The notes under the pieces were generated by a model. The model did no database searches and was not told the DNA's origin. It was given only the letters and a program-made list of their open reading frames with translations. Source: Sphagnum compactum (Eukaryota). Taken from it: a stretch of DNA of 64,000 nt. The translations under genes and the position numbers were made by a program. Location of the stretch: NCBI GenBank assembly GCA_965153455.1, contig OZ234494.1:12710001-12774000 (forward strand). The letters run 5' to 3'. Each line of letters starts with the position of its first letter. Position 1 is the first letter of the stretch. Shown here in pieces: positions 37,801 to 54,389 of this stretch.

Positions 37801-40800
37801 TTGAAAATAAGGTTCAATTTTGACCCTTCAAAAGTTCATAACTACCATTTGGTTAATTGATTTATTTTAAAAAATGTTTCACACTTGATTTTATTATTTC
37901 AGCATTCAAAGCATACTTAGTCATTATAAACAATTTGGAGTCGAATTTAATATGAATTCTTCAATTTATTAACAATCCAATCAACCAATTAGTCCATAAT
38001 TTTGAATTTTGAAAATTCACTATTAATAATGAATTATATTCAAAAAATAGTTTTACAAATGTGTTCATAATCATTATGTTAATGTATTGCCAATTGTTAA
38101 ATGACAAATTCAAAATTATGTAATTCACTACAACCATCTAAACGTATTTAAACATGAAAAAATGACAATGACACCAAAATTGAATCACACAACCATGCAT
38201 TCACCCTTAATCAATGTTTCAATTTCCTAATCTATAAAGAAATTTGGCTTGAGTTCATCAAATTGTTGCAATGAGCAAGTGTACAACTTTCTCATTCCTT
38301 CATGGTTTTTTCCCCCTTCTATGTAGTTCCATGTGTACATTTATTTATCTATGGATTAAAATTTCAAATGATGTCTTCATTATAGATCATTTACTTTAAT
38401 CTTTGTGGCAAATTCAAGCAACATCTAATTATTTTCTTGGTGTACATAATCTTTATGAAAGGATCAAAAGAAGACATTACATTCCCTTTTGAATAGATCA
38501 TTCCCATGGCATGTGCTAATAGAAACCCCTTTTTAAAACCATTTTCATTAGCCACCATGTCATGTGATCATTGATAAATTCTTGTTGTTGTAACCACCTT
38601 AGTAGTGTGTTGATGAGTGTAAAGTTGATAGTGATACAATTGGCATGGGTTACAAATTGGTCTTTCATAGTTACTCAAAGTTTGCATCAAACACATGATA
38701 CACATTAATATGCAAGTTTGAAAAATGTAAACCAAACACAAAAAAAATTGTATGGGTATGAACATATATTGTCTACTAATTAATATTTACCAATACATAA
38801 GTCAGATTGGGAAATTAATTTTTCTCACACATATTAAACATGTTGACATTACATTTGCAATAAATCTAATCAACAAATTATGCATAATATTAAGAGGCCC
38901 ATTTTTGTGCAATTAAATCCATTATTTGATATTTAAAAGGTTTTATTTCAATGACATTATCTTTTAGGGAGGGGGAATTTATTTTACTCAAAAGTTGTTT
39001 TGATTTAGATTGGGCTAGGGATTTATATTCTAAAAAGTTATTAAGAGGTTTTGTTCACTATAGAACATTCTCCTATCGTTTAGGGCTACTTAACACAACC
39101 TATAGTGACACTTTCGTATACTAAATAAATTTTTAAATTTTATTATGAAATTCTAAAATATAGTTTGGAAATTATGAACATGTGAAAATAAAATGTTATT
39201 GCCACCTTTTTCCCATGTTTATTCATGTCATTTTAAAAACGATGGTTAGATTCTTACATTGCATGTGAAATTGATCTTGAATTTGATTTGTGTGCATGGT
39301 TTTCCTAGTTTTGATAGTGTTGCATGTCGATATAATAACCAATCTTTAATTTATTGGGTGAAAATGATTGTTTACTATGCATTTTCAACAAGCTACCCAT
39401 AGCCACAATTGAAACACACTAAGGGACTCCCATCTAATTAAATAGTAATATGCTAGCATGGTCCAATGTTAATGTATATATGTATCGTATAAATGGAAAC
39501 TTTTATTCACTTGGAAATCATGTTGATTTCCAAGGAAATGATGCTTTCACTTTCAATAACTCAACTTGCCTTTGAACTTTTCATGGTGGTAAATGAAAAT
39601 AAATGACATTTGCAAAGGTTGGGAGATTTTGTCATATGAGACAATTTAATGTGTTTCAAAATAGGGCAATTATCCACCTTATGAAGTGGGAAGCATTCAA
39701 ATGGTTAGTCAACCCTACATAATTCGCACCTATTTACACCCTTATGAAGAAAGCATTTTATAAAAGCCAACCACATTTAAAACAAATAAACTCTTCCCAT
39801 GTGCTAAATCCTTAATGATGGGTTATAATTCTTAAATTAAAAATTGAAAATATCTTGCACTTATTTGAATTTTGTAAGAAGTGGTTTGAGTAATGAATGA
39901 ATTTTTTTTATGCCTATTGTATTTTGGTTGGTTCTTGCAAGTTGAGGCCATTGGTGGCCTTTCTCAACATTTGTTGCACATCATTCTTTCTTCAAGATCT
40001 TCACACAACCATAAAACATTCGAAAAAAATTTCTAATGTATTTGGAAGCACCTTACATTCATGAATTACCTTTTGAAAAAAGAAGAGGTATTTTATATTT
40101 ACTCTATAAGAATGGGAAGGATCTACTTTTAAGACTAGGGGGATCCTTGAAAGAAAATAATCAAAGATTGGATCCAAGATTGTATTGTATCATTCCCACT
40201 ATTAAAGAACAAAAAAAAGATGTTGTGACTACATTTTAAGAGTGTGTTCTTATGCCTATTTCTTAAGAATGGGAAATTCCTTAGGAATAGAAGAGGGATA
40301 TATGCTAAGATAGGCTTAAGCATCATGGGGTGTTTCCCACTCTTAAGGAGTTGGCACAAGAACTTTCATGTGATATACCTTGTGGTATGGTATGTTTGGA
40401 TTTATGATAATTAACATGGCGATTGTTGTTGGCCCAAGTGTGAAGTTTGAAAAAATGATTTGATTTTGTTGAAATTCTTATTGAATTTCCAATGACAATG
40501 TTTATTTAAAATTCAATATCTTTTGCACCCTAAGATTGAAAATTATGAAAACATCCCCATAAAATCTTGTTCATTGAATTCTTTCCAACAATATGAAAAA
40601 TGTTGCCATTCTTCCAAGATATATAATATTGAAGTAACAAAGACGATGGTTGGCTTTGAATGGACAAACCCACTTTGAATTATCTTCAAGGATTTTCTTT
40701 GAGAGCATGGTACGATGCAATAGCCTTATGGAATCAAGCTTGGATATGGTTGTGAGCTGTGAATATTTCAATTCCCACGATTTTAAAGGGCATGGGGATT

Positions 40801-42470
40801 TCAATTACATTTACAAGATATTTGCAAAATATCTCACATGCAAAGTATTTATTGGTTAATAAATGGAATTTGTGGGCATTCAAAACCTTTTCAAACTTCT
40901 TTTTGATTGAACTAGGTGTTTGTTGAAATGCCTTTTCCCTAAATAACCTAGGTCATATATGTGATGTACACTGATTTTGATTATAGTTGCACTTATCGAT
41001 TTTTCTCCATCAGTTTATCATCGCTCATGAATTCTTGCAATGGTTTTCCTCATGTTTCCCAACTATACATGTCATGAAATAGACTCCACAATCAAGTCAA
41101 TTAGGTCTATAAAAAAACACCACAAAAGATCAAGTAATATGGACCCACAATGTTCAAGGTTGTTTTTCATTTTCCACATTAAAAAAACCATTATTATGGT
41201 TGATTTTGAGACTTAGCAAAAACCGGTAAATATTGATAAACCTAGGCTAAAGTGCAACTTGATTGATAAATTCCATTGTCACTCCCCATTGCATTTTAAC
41301 CCATTGGATTGGAATTGCTTAACAAACCCTTGATGTTGTTTGTTCAAGATGATGTTAGTAGACAATTACAAAGTTCAACATTTGTTGATGAGGAAGTGAT
41401 ACAAATGATTTCATTATGTCCTACATTTGTTGTGGATTGTTCAAGCAATAATTACCAATTTGGTTTTCAGATTTCTGAAATAATGGCCACAAATATGAAG
41501 GTGAGATATATGAATACATAAAAATGAACAAGATGTGCATATGTTTAATTTGTTTTGGTATGTAGATTCTTTTTGCATTTGAAAAGTCTCACTACATGGG
41601 TGGGAAGCCTCTTTTATTTATGCATATATGACATGTTTAGAGCCTCCATTGACATGAATGGTTTCAAATGTGTTGTGAAAAATGTACATATCAAGAACTT
41701 TAGATGTGTAAATGTTCAAAATTAGCACTATGTCCCCCCAAAATTTCTCATTGATGTTTGGATGAAAGGTTGTAGAATTTGTTGTTATGTCATGACATAT
41801 TTAGGAATAAAATTTTTAGTTTTCAAAAAGAGGTAGTGAACAAGACATGTGATTATGAATGAAGAAAATTTCCCTAAACACACATTTTGAATATGGCAAA
41901 AAAAATTAAGCTTTAAACCCTAAAGTCTTGATGCTCTATATATATAAAAAATCAAACTTAATTTTTTTTTAAACACAAAAAAATAATTCAAGCTTTGAAT
42001 AAACCCTGAATTATTATGAATCTAAACAGAATATCGCCAAAAAAAAAAACTCTGGTATGGAATTGGCCACTTATCAAAGTCAAATTGGCAAAGTACATGT
42101 GGTCAACTTAGCATTCTGGCAAAATGGAGTTGACGAAGAGGAAACATCAATCTGGCGAAACATCAAAATAAGATTAGTCAACTTGGCAAAATAAGGCGGA
42201 TCAGCAAACGCCTTATTTTCAACGATACACGGACAGTACCGATGCGTGGCATTGCGAGCAAATGCCGACGACCCCAAAAGAAAAAGCTAAAATTAAAATT
42301 AATTAATTAATAAAAAACCGACGTCGCTTCTGTCAACAACGCCACTTGGAGGATAAATACCGTGTGTCTCGCTTGTGCGGCGTTGCGATTGTGTCCTTTT
42401 TTGACGTATGTGGCCGATTGTCAGCCAGGGGTTCGAATCCTCCGTTGCTGCATTGCTTTTTCTGTGCCTC

Positions 42471-42510
<40 letters not shown>

Positions 42511-42749
42511 TTCTCTCTCTCTCTCTGTCTCTCGGTTTCCTGATCGTCTGTTGTCTGTTCCCCACCCACGGCCTTCTCCACTGATCACAACGCTTTTAAA
42601 TCTTGCACTCAGCCACCCCCGTCACAGTTTCTCGGTGCTGGATTTTTTGAACAGTCTGAAAATTTTGCAATTGACCGTCGAAACAGGAGAAAGGAAGAGG
42701 AGAAAGAAGAGGCAGAAGAATAAAGAAGAGGAGCTCTAGGAAGTAATAA

Positions 42750-45475
<2,726 letters not shown>

Positions 45476-46559
45476 CTTTCTCAAAGTGAGTTTCATAGAT
45501 GACTGGAATTTTGGCAAAAGATGTAGTTATCCAGGAACATGTAAAGAAGTTGTGGCACAAGTGGGTTAACTGTATTTAGGTGTATAGAGCAGGAATTTCT
45601 GAAGAGAGATTTTGTATATCTGGAAGAGGTAAGACATGTGCAGGACCTGCACTCCCACTGCTGCAAAAATTGTATAAATTTTCTTCTATCCTGGTGTTGA
45701 TAAATGGCTTCTGATATGTGGCAACATAGTTTTCATGTGGATGGATATATTTGGATCAGACATGGTTTTTTGTTCAGTGCTGAAAATTGCCTGATGTAGT
45801 AGAATTGTCTGTGAAGACCATTGCCATATTTTGTTAATCCCATCTGACAGATGACCAGATGCACCACACAAACAATCACGTTGGCTTGTGGGCTCTATGC
45901 CCATTTATGGCAGTGAGTGAAGATATCACCATTTGATGGATGTCAAAGGATTCTTCCCTTACAATTGACAAAGCATTTTATTCACATAATGTAGAGTGTG
46001 GGCAGAACCTGTTTTGAAAAGCTTGTCAACAATATGTGGGTATCCTGCCAAAACAGAGACCATAAGTCAGGAGATTGAAGCATTTTCAAAGCACTGCAAA
46101 AGAGACCTAAAAGGCAAACATCTACAACAAGCATTGGAGACTCATTGTTGCCTACTTAAGGCTTTTTAGCTTCTGCAAAAGCTCGGGCTTAGGCATCTTC
46201 TTAACCCCTCACTTTGATTCCTGTATAATTCTACACTTACTCTTTTGCTTGAGCACCACCAGACTCAGGAATCTACCACACAAATCATTAGCAACACTTT
46301 TGCTTGGAAGATTGAAGTTTTCAAAATGCTCCTAAACTGTTGGATTGGAAGAGCCACTTCTCAAAAACACTAAAAATATGAGTTCAAGCGTTTCTGTGGG
46401 AAGTCAGAGAAACTTGACATGGTTTGATTTGCATGTTAGTAAGATATATCCTACCAACAGCAATAATCCACAGAAAACACAAGCAAAAACTTCATGCAAC
46501 ATTCTCACAAGTAGTAGGTTTTGTGGAATCACCCATCCAATTCTGCATAGAAAAATCCT

Positions 46560-47315
46560 GAACACAAGGATCAGCAAGATGACACTTATACTGGCTATAA
46601 ATTTTGCTTCAAATTTTAATGCCGACTTGATTTGATGATCTCATGAAAGTTATAAACATTTTTGTGTTAATTAAAAAGCCAAAAGACTCCAACCCCAACC
46701 AAAGTCTTGAACACATCGGTCAACAAGATAACACTATTGACTTCAGTTTTTGATTCAGTTTTTTCCCCTGTTTGATCTGATGATCTTGTGAGGGTTGCAG
46801 ACATTGTGTGGAAGAAAAGCCAGAAAACTCCAAACCTGACAGAAGCTTTGGAAGTCTTAAAACCAAGGGATCAACAAGACGACAGTACTGGCTTAATAAA
46901 ATTCTTCAAATCTTGCCCCCATTTGATTTGATGATCTTGTGAGAGTTGCAAACATTGTGTGAAATAAAAAGCCAAAAAACTCAAGACCCAACAGAAGCTT
47001 TAGAAAGTCTTGAACCCAAGGGATCAACAAGATGACACTGACTTTTAAGAGAATTTTGCTTCAAAATTTTGTCCCCATTTGATTTGACAATCTTGCAAAA
47101 GTTGCAAACATTTTTGTGTGTAAGAAAAAGCCAAAAAACTCTGAACCTGACAAAAGCTTTAGAATTCTTGAACACTAGGGATCAACAGGAGGACACTGTG
47201 GCATAAGAAAACTTTGCTTCAAATTTTAACCCCCATTTGATTTGATGGTCTTGCAAGAGTTGTAAACATATTTGTGTGAAAGAGAAAGACAAAAAACTCC
47301 AAACCTGACAGAACC
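46560..47315. repeat. Degenerate tandem array, about 5 x 150 bp
   Basis: A GGATCAACAAGATGACAC...CCCCATTTGATTTGATGATCTTG...AAAGCCAAAAAACTC unit recurs near 46564, 46711, 46861, 47013 and 47171. Confidence 0.85.
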
Positions 47316-47728
47316 TTTCTTCCCTCATGACCTTACCCACCCATATACAAGCAAGAAGCAAGCTCACTAAGCTTATTTTTTCTACAACCTTGATCTTGGA
47401 GGCTTTTGGCTTCCTTTCTTGCTTCTGTTTTTTGTGGCAAGTTTTTCGGAGCTGTGAAGAAGATCAGTCTTTCATTTCAGGACTAAATTGGATTTGCAAG
47501 CTTTGCAATCTGGAACCTTGACCTAGATCCTCTGCACAAAGGCAAGGGAAGAAGAGGAGCAGGGTTGTGATTTCCAAGAACTGGGGAAAGTAGCAGAAGA
47601 AGAAGAAGAAGAAGAAGAAGAGGCAGGTTGTGATTTCCAAGCATTGAAGAAAGTAGAAAAAGAAGAAGAGCATGCTGCTGCTGCATGGGGTAGGTGCAGC
47701 AGCAGCAGCAGCAGGCTGCAGGAGCTAT

Positions 47729-48311
47729 TTACTTCGACATCATCATTTTCACAAACTCCTCGTAGTTGATCTGGCCGTCTCCATCGACATCAGCTTCACG
47801 GATCATCTCATCAACTTCGTCATCCGTGAGCTTCTCCCCTAAGTTGGTCATCACGTGTCGCAGCTCTGCAGCAGAAATGAAGCCATTCTGGTCTTTGTCA
47901 AACACGCGGAAGGCTTCTTTCAATTCCTCTTCAGAGTCCGTGTCCTTCATCTTGCGTGCCATCAGATTCAGAAACTCAGGGAAGTCGATGGTGCCGCTCC
48001 CATCTGCATCCACTTCGTTGATCATGTCTTGAAGCTCAGCTTCCGTAGGATTTTGTCCCAATGACCGCATCACGGTTCCCAGTTCCTTGGTTGTAATACT
48101 TCCTGCAAAACACACACACACACACACACCCCCAAACAAGATTGCTTGAACACCGAGAGAAGAACATGAACAAATTGGACTAGGTACCGAGAAACAAGAA
48201 ACCCGTCAAGAACAACGAAGGAGTCGACGTACCATCGCCATCCTTATCGAAGAGACTGAAAGCTTCTTTAAACTCTGCAATCTGTTCCTCGTTAAGCTGC
48301 TCAACAGCCAT
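47729..48311 (-). CDS. CAM: Calmodulin (150 aa, four EF hands)
   Basis: Exon 1 48311-48233 ([26 protein letters not shown]) and exon 2 48102-47729 ([27 protein letters not shown]...[13 protein letters not shown]). The single intron splits the Gly codon of EF1, as is usual in plant CaMs. Confidence 0.97.
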
Positions 48312-50424
48312 CCCCAACTTCTTTGTTCTCCCGCCCCCTCCTCGCGGCCTTCTCGAAGACTACAAAATGCCACCAAAAGGAAACCAAAAACAGAAAAAAA
48401 ACACACACACACACACACAAACAAATGGAAATGCCACCAAAAATCCTCCACGAAAACACAAGAAACAAAACACAAAACAAAAAGGAAACTCCTTCCACCA
48501 AAAACAGAAAATCCGGCGAAGTGACTTTTTGATCAAACTGGAAGAAACCCAACAATTCTCAAACCCAACAAAAACAAGAAAAAAATTGCTGCACGGAAAA
48601 CGTTCCTTCCCCGACACAGGTACAGCACAAAAGCTTGAGATAAGTTACAGGAGGGTTGTTAGTAGTTACAACAAAAGCTCGACTTGGATTCAACAACAGA
48701 AACCAAAAAGCTCGACTTTTGCACTAAGTAGTTACAAAATGGCAACAAGGTGCAATTCTTTCCTCACAAAGTACATACCCCAAAAAGAATGAAAATCAAG
48801 CAAATGGGTCAATTCTTTTGGGGAGAGAAAAAAGGCAACGAAGAGAGCCTCAACCCACAACCATCAACATAATGCAGAACACTAGAGGAAGACGAAGAAG
48901 AAGAAGGGCAGGTGTGGGCGGGAAGTTACAAAACTTTGGTTTTCATTCGGTTGCTCCCTTCTCCCTTCTTCTCCTTCTTCTTCTTGTTGTGCTTCTTTGC
49001 TATTTTTCGTTTGAGTTTCTATTATGTGGAAAGATCTTGTCCTTCTTCTTCATTCATTATTTTTGTTTGGGTTTTTTGGATGGTCAGATTCTGTTTGATT
49101 TATACTGGGCTGTTTGTTACTAGTGTTGGGTGGGTATGTTCATTTGAATACATACATAATCTTGACTATAAAACCGTATTAATTTAGTTCATTTGTGTAG
49201 GTATAAAGACACCAAAACCCATTGGTTCATTCAATACTCACCCCCCCCCCACATTTAGTATCTCAAATTCTAAAAAAAATGTAAGCATTTGTATTACAAT
49301 TTTTTTGCCATAACCACTAGCTTATATAACATGATCAAATAGTCTTCATTAGGTTTAGTAAACATGCATTTCATTCTTTGCTTTTATTTGATTATTTGAA
49401 TATTTAGATCTTGTTTGATAGTAAAATGTTGTTCTCTATCCTTCTTCTCCATGGATGTTTTTTCTCCTTCGTCTTCTTTATTACATTTAGTTAATGTTGG
49501 ATGCTTGGATTTTAATAAATATTTTAGTTTTGGGTTATTTGGTCTTGTTAAATAGTTGATTGTTTTAACCAACGTCTTTTTAAACATTATGCTTGCTTCA
49601 TTTTTGCATGGTTAAATGCTATTTCATGGAGGATCGTTTTTTCTTTTCTTCTTCTTTTAGATTTTGATATTAATTGGATGATATAATATTGTTTGATAGT
49701 GGAATCTTGTTGTTTTCCCTTCTTTTTCTTTGGTTTTCTTTTATTTGAATGGTTAGATGTTATTCAATAATTTAACGTCATTGTCTTTTTTCTTTGCTTT
49801 CATTATTTTTTACTTTTGGATGGTTAGATTTCGTTCAATGCTAGAATGTTGTTGACTCTCCTTATTTGATTTTGTTTGATTCTTGAATGATCAAATTTTG
49901 TGTGGCATTCTTTTTTTTCTTCTTTGCTTTGTTATTTTTTTGGATTTTTGGATTTTGTGCATTAGAATGTTGCATTTCTTTTTTTTATTTGTTTGATTTT
50001 GAGTTTAGTGTCGTTAAAACTTTTGACCCTTTTGTTAAGCAAAACATTTGGAGCGACCTTATATAATAGTTGAAATGAGAACCTCTTGCAATTAAACTGA
50101 AAACTTTTGATCATCTCTTTCAAATTATGCAAGAAACCCATAAGAATATGTTCAATTTTTATAAAAAATAATTTATCCACCCATCATCCATCCCTCATAG
50201 GGTGTTGATTCACTTTGTTTTGAAATGTATGCTATTGCATTTGTAATTATTTAAAAGCTTTATTTTCTTTATACTTATGAACAAATATTAAAAATAATTG
50301 CCACCAATAGCGACCATTCACATGTTTTCAACCTCATGGTTCAATGTGATTCATCATCCATTTTCTATTCACCTGGCATAACCTTTGAATTTTTTTCCCA
50401 TTTGTACTAACCTTTCTACATACC

Positions 50425-51245
50425 TGTCGCAACCCCACTTTGTCCAAGTGTGGGGGTGAAGCCCAACACTTGGAAAAGTTGGAGGTTTGGAGTCCTCCGG
50501 GACTCCCGAATGTTGAGAGCTCGACAGCAAGGCCCAAAACACCTCGCATTGGGGTGTTCTTGGTGTCATTGGAAAGGTCTTGAAACGTAGATATCGAAAA
50601 TGGCCTCGCATTGGCCATTTGGACATCTGCAGTCCAAGTTATGGGCAAAAGAAGGGCCGGGAGTCAAACTGGCAGTTTGACTCCCGACCACTAAAAGTCG
50701 GGAATCGACCCTTTCCCGACGCCGCCTGATGGAGTGCGACATGGCGTTGGAAAGATCTCGACGAGGGCTACAACTTTGGTTCAGACCTTGTTGCGATTGG
50801 ACTCCGGAGTCAGGAGTTATGGCAGCTCAAAGTTCCGGGAGTCCCGCCGAGACAATTTCGGGACTCCATTTCGGGAGTCCCAACAAAATGTGCCATTTGG
50901 ATGTAGCCTCCGTGGTGAGCTGCAGAGATAACTATAAGGGGGAAGGTGGTGGCTTCCCCCAAGTCCGGGCCGTGGTGAGTCAAGTAGTCCAAAGTGCCCG
51001 TGGCTTGTCCCAACACCCAAGGGTGTTCCCGAATGTGAACTAACCCATTTGTGGTTGGTTTTGGATGCAGATTCGTGCTTGATCTACTAGTCCATCTTCC
51101 TAGTCTAATCCCGGGGCTTCCAACTCGACCCTCTACCCCTTTCTAGAGTTGGAAGTCGGGAGCGTGCCCTTTGGTCCCCACTTTCCGCAACTTCACATTG
51201 GTGAACCCTTCAAGTGGGTTCACCCCGGGACCAAGGAGCGCGTCA
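50425..51245. mobile_element. Solo LTR of an LTR retrotransposon (821 bp)
   Basis: GC-rich island beginning TGTCGC and ending GCGTCA (TG...CA, imperfect short inverted ends), flanked by a perfect 5-bp TSD ATACC (50420-50424 and 51246-51250). No gag/pol sequence. Confidence 0.9.
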
Positions 51246-54200
51246 ATACCAATAATGTTAACATCATGTAATTGGATGAAAAGTTCATTTGATTGAATAT
51301 ATCCAATGACCAAATGGACATAGATCAAATGCATATTTGACATTTGTTTGGATGAATATTATGTTTCATCAATTGAGATACACATACATTGAACATTGAT
51401 TGCATTAATGACTGGTTGGAATGTTCATCAATGCACAACTTATTGAACATTTTTTCTATACAATCAAATTGATTTCAAGCACAATCAAATTTGAAACATT
51501 TTTATTCATATTGTTTGTTGGAAGGGCTACATACATTGGTCCAAAAATCAAACAATGCAACCTCTTTAAAATGGGAACATTATTAGTGTAATTTGTTTCT
51601 AATAGTCAAAATGGCCTTCAAATGTTGTTGAATGTTTTTAAGTTATCTACATTAATTTTTAAAATCCATGAACTATAAAATCAACATGTACATCTGAATA
51701 CTAAAAATCGTTATACAATGTTGATTTTTATAATAACATCAATTGCAGAGCAAATTCCAATAACTTGAAGAACCACCATTACCATCATTTAACCACCATT
51801 AACATTGAAAATGTTCAATGTTGTGTCAATCACCTTGGGAACTAATAATTGTTATATGTAAAAATATTGTGATGTGCTTTCACAGTCTTGGCACTAGGTA
51901 TTGAGAACATAAACTTTTTGATACATTTCGTTGTGGAAGATTTCAAAGCTTTAAATGTTCTTTTTAACTTCTCACATTAGGGGGCTAGAAAGACATGTGA
52001 GAACTTTAAGATGGGATTAGGACTAGCTCTTCAAGTTGAATTTTTTGACTTTTGAAAATGCACAAACCAAGAAAAAATGACAATTTGTGAATTTGGAACC
52101 AAATTGGGTCATAGATTCACTTATAATTCACACGGTTTAGACTTGGGAGGAGTTCATCACTCCTCCTTTATAGTATACCATGTGATTGTTTACAAAATTT
52201 ACATTTAAATGGCTAAAACTTTTAAGTGACTTGTGATTTACAATCTTCTACATTGTTAGCGAGTGTGTAATATTCTATTAATGAAACACCAAAATACTTG
52301 CATTTGCTTGTGAATCTCCTCAACATTGATGTAAGACTTCTTCAAATTCCTTCACTTCTAATGGGAAACTTTGGCCTTGAAATCTATGGTCATGTATTCT
52401 TTGTTCATATATTTTCATTTTTATGTGAATAGATATTGTGATTCTTGAACATGATTCTTCACAAACCCATGATGATATGTTCTTGCATTAGACCAAAATA
52501 AAATCCAATATGTTTTTGGGTTGAAAACATGCTTACACATACTTGTGAATTGGAGAATATAATAAAACCTCCTTAAATATTTGCTTTGATTCCTATGTGC
52601 TTTTGAGGGTGGGAGCATATGTACTTTTTTTTGGTGAATTGGCAAATAATATTGTAAACCCTCATTCTTTTCCATTTTGTTTGCTTTTGGGATGTGGATT
52701 TTGGCACATCTATGTATATTGAGTTGGTGCAAAACTTGAAAAGATTTTTGGTCAATGCCAAAGATATGGAGCACTCATGGTTATTTTGACAATTGGTCAA
52801 TTCTGTTCTAAGGGTCCATGATGAATGTAATGGTTTAATAATTCATGTTCAACAATTATCATAAGCTTGTCATTGTACTCATTATGTTGCCACCAACATT
52901 TTGTTGTGGAGATTTTCTTTGATTTCTCACTCACACATACACAAGTTCATGTCCTTGTAAGTTAATTGGTTTTGGGTGACAATTTGTGAACCCATGTGGC
53001 AAAGGGGAAAAGTGATCAGAACTCTAGAGGCAATCACGGACATTTGTTGCATTTTAGCCCCCTAGTATTTTCAAGTAATTAGTCTACTTGTTAAGGTGCA
53101 TGTGCCATGTGCTCAAATTGAAAACGTTAAGGTCATTCAATGTTTTTATGGAAGCCTTGTTGGACTCCTGAGTGATAGCAAAAAATGCAATAGACTTAAA
53201 AGGTGGCACAACACTTAAGCCTTCAAGCCTTCTCGATCCAATAAAAACTTTTTAACAATGGCATGGCTTTGTTGTGTGAAAATCAATTGGAGATTGTTAT
53301 GAGTATGTGGTGAAAATACGAATGTTGAACAATTGTCATACAGAGCTTATTCTTGTAAGACTCCAAAAATCTAATGAAAATCACCTTGAAGCATTTATCA
53401 ATTCTTGCAAGAAAAACTAAGTCCTCTTTGCCATAAACATTGACATGCATCTACTTTCCATGGGCTTTGTACAACAACCTTGTTGACTAAATCACCAAAT
53501 GTTGGCATGTTACATACACCTGTGGCTCCTTGTATCCACCCCTTATAGCTTAGTAGTAGTGCATTCAACACACCTTGCACAAGTTCATGTAACAGGAATT
53601 GAAGCATATTGACCTTGTAACATATAGATAAGTTTCCACACCAGTTTGTTGAGATCAATTATAATTTGTTTTTCAAGTCTAAATATACACTAAAGATACT
53701 TGCAAGTTATATAGTTGATATTCACCATGAGATACTGATTCCAACATCTGTGTCTAACTCTTGTTGGAACAAAATTATGCAAATATAACCACCACTCTTT
53801 CAATCTTGCCACAACTACAAATCAAGAACTGCCATCATAACTTTTCTTTAACAAATCTTGCACAAAACTTTTGGATCTATTGCAATAGATGATGCAGCAA
53901 ATATGCATATAATTGATTCAAAACCCACACAAAATAATCTTTGCAAGAAAAAGGTCCTGTCAGATGATATTGCACAAGGAGCATTGCATTGCACATAATC
54001 AGATTCAAAACCCATACAAATTCTTGCAAGACAAAGTCATTGAGCTAGAAGAAGCATGATGATGTTGCAGAAACCAGTGATTTCCACCACCAACACAATT
54101 TTATTAAGTCCGGAATTTTGTGGAACAAAATCTGTCAAAAAGTTTTGAAATAGTTCAATTCAGAACATGAGATTTTCACATCTGCAAAGCAGGTGTGAAG

Positions 54201-54389
54201 GTAGCCACATACAAGTTCACCACACCCAATTCTTCCTCTGTTCAAACATCATGTGTGAAGAAGAAGAAGAAGAAGAAGGGTTTAGGTTTTAGGCTTGCAT
54301 GATCATTGCATTCTTCTGAAGTCAAAGACATCAGATCACATTTGAAGACCTCATCACATTCTTCAGAGCATCTGAGATTCCCAAAACAA

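Noticed and set aside
41910-42010. AAACCCTAAA and AAACCCTGAA telomere-like motifs
   Set aside because: Isolated single units, not an array; at most telo-box-like motifs.
42405-42445. tRNA-like B box GGTTCGAATCC preceded by A-box-like TGGCCGATTG
   Set aside because: The boxes are only about 10 nt apart, with no anticodon arm or acceptor stem, so this is not a tRNA.
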